In this document: positions 57,332 to 64,000 of the stretch, one piece after another
Layout of the letters: each line of letters begins with the position of its first letter
How positions within the stretch are numbered: the stretch's first letter is position 1
The notes under the pieces: generated by a model
Databases searched by the model: none
Told to the model about the DNA's origin: nothing
Seen by the model: the letters and a program-made list of their open reading frames with translations, nothing else
Program-made: the position numbers and the translations under genes
Assembly: GCA_902584635.1 (NCBI GenBank)
Contig: CACIAQ010000002.1
Span: 27,147 to 91,146, forward strand
Origin: an uncultured Alphaproteobacteria bacterium
GTDB taxonomy: Bacteria; Pseudomonadota; Alphaproteobacteria; Rhodobacterales; Rhodobacteraceae
Direction of reading: 5' to 3'
Length of the DNA: 64,000 bases

Positions 57332-58528
57332 TTATTTCCCTAGACCAGCCTTTATTAATGTTTTTTTGAGAAACGGACTTTGATTTAAATACATAAAAAA
57401 ACTTTTTCTAGCAATTTTAAGAAATTTATTTTCGGTCATAGAGATCTTATTTAGTAGGTGGATCCCAAAAACTTTACTTCCAGTCTGAGCGAGTCTCTTA
57501 ATTTGATATTGTTTCAAAACCCTGTCTGCACCTAAATCTTCATTATTTTTTAGAGCCTTTTTGCAAAGATTATGAAGAGTTATAATATCTTCCACAGAAG
57601 TATTGAGGCCTTGAGCCCCAGTCGGGGGCATTACGTGTGCACTTTCAGCAATAAGCACAATTCTTTTGCTTGTTAGAGTTTTTGAGAATTGTGAGGAAAC
57701 TGGCCATTTCTGCCTTTTGCCAGTAAGCCTTATATTTCCTCTGCTACCCAGACTTTTTTTTGAAATAATAGAGTTAAACTCAGTATTTTCTAAACTATAT
57801 GCTTTATTGATTACATCGAAAGTATCCATCCATACAATAGTTGACCTTAATTGGTTTAACGGAGTTCGAAGAGGGATTATTGTAAACGGTCCGCCAGAAT
57901 CCAGTATTTCTGTAGTTCTGTCTTTATGTTTTTTTGAGTGAGACACTTGGAAAACCATTGCCAACTGGTTGTATGAGGTTTTAAGAGTTTTTATTTTCTC
58001 TCTTCGTCTTATAGCACTGTCTTTACCTTCGCAAGATACCAAAAGGTTTCCAGTAAGATTTTTCCCTTTGGCAGTTTTTACAAGAATACTGTCATCAAAC
58101 GCATAGTGGTCAACTATTGAGTCACCTTCGTGTAGAGTAAAATTTTTCTTTTTTTTCAGCGAAACTAATAACTCTAATCTCAAAAAGTCATTAGGAACGT
58201 TAAAACCAAAATTTTCTATAGATATTTCTGTTGGTTTAAACACTACGCTTGTACTATCCCCTCGTTTTGAATTGCCAACATCAACTATTTCCATCTCCTT
58301 TAGTGGTTGAGAAAAAGGCTCTATTTTTTTCCATATACCTATTTCTTTAAACACACCTATTGCAGGGTTAAGGAAAGCGGTGGTTCTTTGATCCGTAGAA
58401 AATTTGGATATATCGTTCGGTTCAAAGCACTCTACCTTAATTTTTTCTTTGCACAGCAAAGAGGCTGTAATCAAGCCCGATATTCCGAGCCCAGAAATCA
58501 TAACTTTATTGGATTGCTTTTTGTTCAT
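57332..58528 (-). CDS. FAD-dependent monooxygenase of the UbiH/UbiF/Coq6 family
   Basis: ISGLGISGL dinucleotide fold, VLIAESAHVMPPTGAQGLN motif. Start is ambiguous: ATG 58528 overlaps carA by 23 nt, ATG 58501 does not, and the listed 58585 is unlikely. Confidence 0.7.
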   Translation of the reverse strand: MNKKQSNKVMISGLGISGLITASLLCKEKIKVECFEPNDISKFSTDQRTTAFLNPAIGVFKEIGIWKKIEPFSQPLKEMEIVDVGNSKRGDSTSVVFKPTEISIENFGFNVPNDFLRLELLVSLKKKKNFTLHEGDSIVDHYAFDDSILVKTAKGKNLTGNLLVSCEGKDSAIRRREKIKTLKTSYNQLAMVFQVSHSKKHKDRTTEILDSGGPFTIIPLRTPLNQLRSTIVWMDTFDVINKAYSLENTEFNSIISKKSLGSRGNIRLTGKRQKWPVSSQFSKTLTSKRIVLIAESAHVMPPTGAQGLNTSVEDIITLHNLCKKALKNNEDLGADRVLKQYQIKRLAQTGSKVFGIHLLNKISMTENKFLKIARKSFFMYLNQSPFLKKTLIKAGLGK

Positions 58529-59648
58529 CGTTTTTATATTTTGTCGCCATTTGAACGAATTTACTAAATAGATGTAAACTGTCATGTGGGCCTGGACTTG
58601 CCTCAGGGTGATATTGGACTGAAAAAATATCTCTATATTTGTGTTCTATTCCACAATTCGATCCATCAAATAGAGAGACGTGGCTTTCCATAATATTTTG
58701 AGGTAAGCTCTTCGCATTTATTGCAAACCCATGGTTCATTGATGTAATTTCAACTTTACCAGTTCTTAGGTCTAATATTGGGTGGTTTGCTCCATGATGA
58801 CCGTGGTTCATTTTTTCTGTCTCTGCTCCCAAAGCGAGACCTAAAAGTTGGTGACCCAGGCAAACTCCGAAGATAGGGATAGTAGTGTGATCTATTAGCC
58901 TTTTAAGCACTTCATTAGTAAACCTATTGGTAGCGGCAGGGTCTCCAGGTCCATTTGAAAGCAAGATACCGTGCGGTTCTGCTGCTAATACTTGGTCGAA
59001 GGTTACATCGGCTGGTACTAACTCAACATCGACATTATGGTGTGAAAGGCACTTAATGATGTTTAATTTCGTTCCAAAATCAAACAAAAGCACTTTCGCT
59101 GATTTCTTGCCATGATTAGCTATTTTATTATTATCTTGCTTATTAATTAAATGAATTTGAGCAGTAAGATCTCGTCCTTCAATTCCAGGCCACTGATTAA
59201 GCTTTTGTTTAAGAGATTCCAAATCGTGGAAACCATCTTGGTTGAAATGCACTAGAGCCTTAGGGGCGCCCAACTCTCTGATTTTTTTTGTTAAAGCTCT
59301 TGTATCGATTCCATAAATTCCGGTTATATTATTTCTCTCAAGCCAAACATCAAAAGTGAGTTCATTTCTCCAATTTGATGGCTCTGTAGGTCTAGATCGG
59401 GTTATCACGCCTGCTGCAGTCGGTTTTTGAGATTCATTATCATCACTATTAGTTCCCACAATGCCTATGTGTGGAAACGTGAAAGTTATTATTTGTTCTG
59501 AATAGGATGGGTCAGAAATTATTTCTTGATAGCCGGTCATTGAAGTATTAAAACATAGTTCTCCTAAACCATAGCCTTCGTGACCAAACCCAGTAGCGTC
59601 CCAAGTTGTTCCATCCTCGAACAGCAGCAATCCAGTAAATTTTTTCAT
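58506..59648 (-). CDS. carA: Carbamoyl-phosphate synthase small (glutaminase) subunit
   Basis: 380 aa. FNTSMTGYQE, LSNGPGDP, GVCLGHQ and SMNHG...QYHPEASPGPHD. Confidence 0.95.
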   Translation of the reverse strand: MKKFTGLLLFEDGTTWDATGFGHEGYGLGELCFNTSMTGYQEIISDPSYSEQIITFTFPHIGIVGTNSDDNESQKPTAAGVITRSRPTEPSNWRNELTFDVWLERNNITGIYGIDTRALTKKIRELGAPKALVHFNQDGFHDLESLKQKLNQWPGIEGRDLTAQIHLINKQDNNKIANHGKKSAKVLLFDFGTKLNIIKCLSHHNVDVELVPADVTFDQVLAAEPHGILLSNGPGDPAATNRFTNEVLKRLIDHTTIPIFGVCLGHQLLGLALGAETEKMNHGHHGANHPILDLRTGKVEITSMNHGFAINAKSLPQNIMESHVSLFDGSNCGIEHKYRDIFSVQYHPEASPGPHDSLHLFSKFVQMATKYKNDEQKAIQ

Positions 59649-59787
59649 ATCTTATAAAGGAAACTTATATTTAATTTCTCAACAAACTATGAGTAATTCT
59701 TTTTCATTGCAAATAAAAGATTAAATTGTTAAAAAGTCGATCGTATCATTTTGATTAAGATTGTGATTTGATAATAGAGAGGTAATT

Positions 59788-60240
59788 ATGCGATCTGAAT
59801 TAGACGAGAATTTAAAAGAAGCAATCAAATCACAAGAGAAACTGCGAGTAGCGACTTTACGGCTGATTAATGCTGCAATAAAGGATAGAGACATTGCAGT
59901 AAGGTCTGAAGAGAATACTGAAGGTGTAAGTGATGATGAAATTATTTTGATATTATCAAATATGGTCAAACAAAGAAAACAGAGCATTATTCAGTATGAG
60001 GAAGGTGGCAGAATTGAGCTTGCTGAACGAGAGAGGGAAGAAATTAAAATTATTCAAGAGTTTCTGCCCAATCAACTAACAAACGAGGAAATTCACACCG
60101 AAGTATCAAAAATTATAGATGCTGAGGACCAATTAAGTATCAAAGATATGGGTAAGATAATGAGTGAATTAAAAAATAGATTCAGTGGTAGGATGGATTT
60201 TGGAAAAGCATCTGAGATTGTTAAGGCTCTACTAAAATAG
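59788..60240 (+). CDS. GatB/YqeY-domain protein
   Basis: 150 aa. LR.........DE.I..IL....KQRK.SI..YE.GGR..LAE.E..EI..I..FLP and MGKIM..LK. Confidence 0.85.
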   Translation: MRSELDENLKEAIKSQEKLRVATLRLINAAIKDRDIAVRSEENTEGVSDDEIILILSNMVKQRKQSIIQYEEGGRIELAEREREEIKIIQEFLPNQLTNEEIHTEVSKIIDAEDQLSIKDMGKIMSELKNRFSGRMDFGKASEIVKALLK

Positions 60241-60261
60241 CAAAGCCTTAACAGCTTGCTA

Positions 60262-62271
60262 TTATACAAGTAATGGTGCAATGACCAAGCTAACAATAGC
60301 CATTACATTTATCAAGATATTCATAGAGGGACCAGATGTATCCTTTAGAGGGTCACCAACAGTATCGCCGACAACTGCAGCTTTGTGTACCTCAGAACCT
60401 TTCCCTCCTAAGTTTCCTTTTTCAACATATTTTTTTGCATTATCCCAAGCTCCACCAGCATTAGCCATCATTAATGCCATCATAACGCAACAAATAAGCG
60501 CTCCTCCTAACATTCCTCCTAAGGCTTTGGGCCCGAGAATTGTACCGACTACAACTGGAGCTAAAACTGCTAGAGCTCCTGGAGCAATCATTTTTCTTAG
60601 TGCAGCTTTTGTCGCTATGTCCACGCATTTTGCAGTATCTGGCTTTGCTTTTCCTTCAAGGAGACCAGGAATTTCTTTAAATTGACGCCTGATTTCTTTT
60701 ATCATGTCAAAAGCCGCATCACCAACAGCTGTCATTGTCATTGAGCTGACAAGGAATGGGAAAATGCCACCAAGAAACATTCCTGCTAGAACTAAAGGAT
60801 CATTAATAGCTAGTACAAAGCTTGCATCGCTTCCACTAATTTTTTCTATATATGCACTTATCAATGCCAAAGCCGCCAATGCTGCGGCACTAATAGCAAA
60901 GCCTTTACCTATTGCAGCTGTAGTATTACCAACTTCATCTAAAGAGTCAGTTATCTCTCTTGTTTCTTTGCCCATCTCTGACATTTCAGCTATACCACCG
61001 GCATTGTCAGCTACAGGACCATAGGCATCAATTGCCATCGTTATTCCAACAGTGCTTAACATTCCAACAGCTGCCATCCCAACACCGTAAAGGCCAGCAA
61101 AAGAGTTTGCCGTAAAAATTATTACAACTATAGCAAGCACGGGGATCGCTACTGACTGCATGCCAACTGCCAATCCGGTTATCATTATCGTGGCTGCACC
61201 AGTTTCTCCTCCTTCAGCAATTTTTCGAACAGGTTTACCTCCCGTGTAGTATTCGGTTATCAAACCAACGACTATGCCGCCAATTGCACCTATAAGCACT
61301 GCAATCCAAACATTTGCTGATACCCCAACAGATGTAATGGTGAAATATGCAGCTATAATAAATAGGACTGCAGAACCTATGGTTCCATACCTCAAAGCCA
61401 TCTCAGGGCTACTGTTTGAAAACACTCTTACGGTTAGAATTCCAAGTATGGAGCATATGAGACCAACAGAGGCTAACAATAAAGGCATACCTATTAAAGC
61501 AGTTACATTTCCCCCTAGGAGAGAAACTGATGAAGCTGACATTGTTGTTGCCAGAATAATAGACGCTATTATTGAACCGCAGTAAGACTCAAAAATGTCG
61601 GATCCCATTCCGGCCACATCTCCAACATTATCTCCGACGTTATCCGCTATGACACCTGGGTTTCTGGGGTCGTCTTCTGGAATACCAGCCTCGACCTTTC
61701 CAACTAAATCTGCGCCAACGTCAGCGCTTTTAGTGAATATTCCACCTCCAACACGAGAAAAAAGAGCAACAGAAGAAGCGCCCATGGCAAATCCTTCAAT
61801 AGCATGTATTTGTTTTAAATCTCCTCCAAAGTTATAGAACAGAAGTCCTATGCCTACTAATCCCATCGCTGCGACAGTTAAACCCATGATTGAACCGCCA
61901 AAAAAAGCTATATTTAGAGCTGACGCAGCTCCACCCTCACTGGCAGCCACCGCCGTTCTGACGTTAGCTTTGGTCGCTGTATACATTCCAATGTATCCTG
62001 CTGAACCTGAACATAAAGCCCCTAGAAAGAAAGCGAGGGATGTTTCCCAGCCTAAAAAATAATAGAGTGCTGTGATGCATATAACGCAAAAAATACTGAG
62101 TATCTTATATTCTGAAGCCATAAAAACCATTGCTCCTAGATGGATTTCGTCCCCGATTTCTTTGACTTTACCTGTACCTTCGTTTGCGCCTCTCACTTGC
62201 AGATAAACAATAAAAGCACAAAAAAGTCCAAAAAAACCAAAAAGAATGGGTATTAACGGATTTAGTAACAT
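60262..62271 (-). CDS. hppA: Membrane-bound proton/sodium-translocating pyrophosphatase
   Basis: [63 protein letters not shown] and GDTVGDP motifs. ATG 62271 (AAGGAA 7 nt upstream) is preferred; 62277 and the listed TTG 62295 are alternatives. Confidence 0.95.
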   Translation of the reverse strand: MLLNPLIPILFGFFGLFCAFIVYLQVRGANEGTGKVKEIGDEIHLGAMVFMASEYKILSIFCVICITALYYFLGWETSLAFFLGALCSGSAGYIGMYTATKANVRTAVAASEGGAASALNIAFFGGSIMGLTVAAMGLVGIGLLFYNFGGDLKQIHAIEGFAMGASSVALFSRVGGGIFTKSADVGADLVGKVEAGIPEDDPRNPGVIADNVGDNVGDVAGMGSDIFESYCGSIIASIILATTMSASSVSLLGGNVTALIGMPLLLASVGLICSILGILTVRVFSNSSPEMALRYGTIGSAVLFIIAAYFTITSVGVSANVWIAVLIGAIGGIVVGLITEYYTGGKPVRKIAEGGETGAATIMITGLAVGMQSVAIPVLAIVVIIFTANSFAGLYGVGMAAVGMLSTVGITMAIDAYGPVADNAGGIAEMSEMGKETREITDSLDEVGNTTAAIGKGFAISAAALAALALISAYIEKISGSDASFVLAINDPLVLAGMFLGGIFPFLVSSMTMTAVGDAAFDMIKEIRRQFKEIPGLLEGKAKPDTAKCVDIATKAALRKMIAPGALAVLAPVVVGTILGPKALGGMLGGALICCVMMALMMANAGGAWDNAKKYVEKGNLGGKGSEVHKAAVVGDTVGDPLKDTSGPSMNILINVMAIVSLVIAPLLV

Positions 62272-62363
62272 AGACATTTCCTTTTTTAAATACAAACTCG
62301 AGTTCCGGAAATATCTAAAATTTTCATATTTGTAAAGTAAAGATGTGACTCAATGAGATTTTG

Positions 62364-63320
62364 TTATCCGTCAACACTTTCTTTAAGTACGTATTCTCTA
62401 ATGATTTCGTCCAATCTAGTAAAGTTTGTATTTTGTTCAACAAAGTCCGCAGTATCTAGATAGCTTCGCTTTTGTAGCATCTTTCTAGTCATACTGAAAA
62501 AGGGGCAGTTTCTTATTTTTCGTCCCCCAATAAGCTGATACCACCTGCCAGCTGGGTCAACACTACAACTACCAGAATCTTCAGTGAACACTTCTCTCAG
62601 TGAGATCACCTCGCTTTTTATGCCATATCTGTTAAATAATTGTACAATAAGATCTGTATTTAACGCTGCGAATGTTTCTAAATTCCCACTATCATCTAGC
62701 ATTATTGCAGAAAAGCTTTCTGATACTCCTGAAAAGCTTTTTGGATTTACAAAAAATACCTCTTTAGGCATGTTTTTTATTTGCCCACCTCTGGAAATAA
62801 ACGTAAGTAAAGCTGCTTCAGACAAATTAGCAACCGGGATCATATTTCCAGGAAAATATCGATCAATCATTTTTTTTGGCATCAGGCTGGTTAAGACGTC
62901 TGGATCAAACGCGTAATCGTTTTTGAGCATAGCTTGAACAGAGCTAAAGTCTAATGGTTTTATGATTATTTTGTTTGCAGCAAAAAATGCAAAAGAGTTT
63001 AAATTCGCATCATTCGCTGTTTTAGAAATAAGTTGTACTGTTTTAAAATCTGTTGTGATCTCTTCGATGGGAGAACCTCTATAAAGGGAAACAATCTGGC
63101 AATCAGGTAATATAATTTTGATCCGGGTTTCAAAATCGCTCAGAGCCTCGGGAACCTCTTTTAACAATGATGCGTAAGTAGCCAGAGAAATCTTAACTGG
63201 GTCGACTTTCTTGATTTGATTGAAGAAGTGCTTCGATTTCATTACGAATAATTCCTCTGGAGACAGCGATACATTTCCTTCTTCATCAAGGGGGGGGGTC
63301 AAAAGGTAAATAATTTCCAT
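62364..63320 (-). CDS. Hypothetical protein; body of a gene apparently split from its signal-peptide exon-like ORF at a C9 tract
   Basis: 318-aa ORF with no motif I recognise. The ATG at 63320 lies inside the 3' end of the 54-codon ORF 63286..63450, which is in another frame. Confidence 0.55.
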   Translation of the reverse strand: MEIIYLLTPPLDEEGNVSLSPEELFVMKSKHFFNQIKKVDPVKISLATYASLLKEVPEALSDFETRIKIILPDCQIVSLYRGSPIEEITTDFKTVQLISKTANDANLNSFAFFAANKIIIKPLDFSSVQAMLKNDYAFDPDVLTSLMPKKMIDRYFPGNMIPVANLSEAALLTFISRGGQIKNMPKEVFFVNPKSFSGVSESFSAIMLDDSGNLETFAALNTDLIVQLFNRYGIKSEVISLREVFTEDSGSCSVDPAGRWYQLIGGRKIRNCPFFSMTRKMLQKRSYLDTADFVEQNTNFTRLDEIIREYVLKESVDG

Positions 63321-63450
63321 AAATCAGGTCATAAAGCGTTGCAATATTGTCTTCAGGACAGTTGTTTCGTTTGCTATGGTTATCACCTAGAATAGAAAGA
63401 GGTAAAAGAAATATCGTTAAAATAACAAAGACTCGAATTAAAATGATCAT
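63286..63450 (-). other. 54-codon ORF encoding a signal-peptide-like leader, out of frame with 62364..63320
   Basis: Hand translation gives MIILIRVFVILTIFLLPLSILGDNHSKRNNCPEDNIATLYDLIYGNYLPFDPPP*. The stop TGA lies immediately after the C9 run. Confidence 0.5.
63290..63298. repeat. G9 (C9 on the coding strand) homopolymer
   Basis: Read directly as ...caag ggggggggtc... It is the longest G/C run I noticed in this AT-rich window. Confidence 0.95.
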
Positions 63451-63509
63451 TATATTTTTTCCATTACGAAATTTTAACTCAAATCCAATGCAAAATTTAC
63501 GCCATCACT

Positions 63510-64000
63510 TCATATTTTTCTCAATTTTGAGTAATTTGCAATCCATAAAAATATCATTGAGATTAAAGCAAAGATTACTAAGGGAGTAGCTGTTAAATTA
63601 ACAAGTTCCCAACCTAACTGCGAGGAGTTAGCACTGCAATTCATTAACCAACCCGAGGTTACCGATGATAGCGCAACAAAACCAAAAACAAAAAAATCAT
63701 TTACTCCTTGAACCTTTCCCCTTTCGGACGGGAAATGATTTTTTGTTAGCAGGCTTGTTGACCCTATGAAGCCAAAATTCCAGCCAATACCAATTAATAT
63801 TAACGATATATAGAAGTTCGAAATATCCACACCTTGATAAGCAATAAGGACTGCAAGCAAGAATAAAATCATTCCAGTTGATATTATTGACTTTTCCCCA
63901 TATTTTTCTATCAAATTTCCAGTTATAAAGGAGGGAGCAAACATTGCCAATGCATGGGCTGAAACAACATTGGCTGCTTGGCTTGTCCCAAATCCACATC
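63510..64000 (-). CDS. MFS transporter, C-terminal half (partial; continues beyond the window end)
   Basis: Multiple hydrophobic helices. The frame stays open upstream of the listed start to base 64000 (...GFGTSQAANVVSAHALAMFAPSF...). Confidence 0.7.
   Translation of the reverse strand, partial: CGFGTSQAANVVSAHALAMFAPSFITGNLIEKYGEKSIISTGMILFLLAVLIAYQGVDISNFYISLILIGIGWNFGFIGSTSLLTKNHFPSERGKVQGVNDFFVFGFVALSSVTSGWLMNCSANSSQLGWELVNLTATPLVIFALISMIFLWIANYSKLRKI

Noticed and set aside
60281-62062. Series of long + strand ORFs (134, 106, 103, 80 and 70 aa) rich in Ala/Pro/Thr, antisense to hppA
   Set aside because: They lie entirely inside the strongly supported minus-strand pyrophosphatase gene. 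They are typical shadow ORFs of a locally GC-richer membrane-protein gene and have no independent start or RBS signals. The same applies to antisense ORFs inside secD/secF, purL, pgk, pdhB, the ligases, fabD/fabG and others.

Overview
AT-rich, tightly packed bacterial window. Gene content and synteny point to a streamlined marine alphaproteobacterium (Pelagibacterales-like); this is inferred from motifs and gene order, not from any search. Supporting arrangements are ftsB-pdhA-pdhB(lipoyl-fused)-pdhC, DUF4164-zapA beside tkt, purL-bolA-grxD and yfgM-bamB-der.

From about 7 kb to 64 kb the window is almost entirely housekeeping: yajC-secDF, sodB, dnaB-alr, the rpsF-rpsR-rplI and fabD-fabG-acpP-fabF clusters, the PDH complex, pgk, tkt, purL, pyrG, secG, ilvC, carA and hppA. 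Genes abut or overlap. I saw no tRNA, rRNA, CRISPR array, transposase or prophage.

The only accessory-looking stretch is about 0.4-6.9 kb. It holds short cassette-like ORFs of unknown function and an orphan Recombinase-domain ORF. At least four genes there are visibly decayed: a GST with an in-frame TAA, a frameshifted paralogue of a neighbouring intact ORF, a GNAT wreck and a small frameshifted ORF. Three same-orientation copies of an intergenic repeat, which I cannot assign to any repeat family from memory, each sit just after a + strand stop codon; two of them carry TGATGCA direct-repeat boxes.

Outside the island, the points worth a second look are:
- a G9/C9 homopolymer that separates a signal-peptide ORF from the body of a 318-aa unknown protein;
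- a PDH operon whose only lipoyl domain is on E1-beta, while E2 has none;
- an AAE3-type oxalate-CoA ligase translationally coupled to a PanE-like reductase.

I found no clearly novel multi-gene system such as a defence system. The island repeats and the homopolymer-split gene are the best leads.
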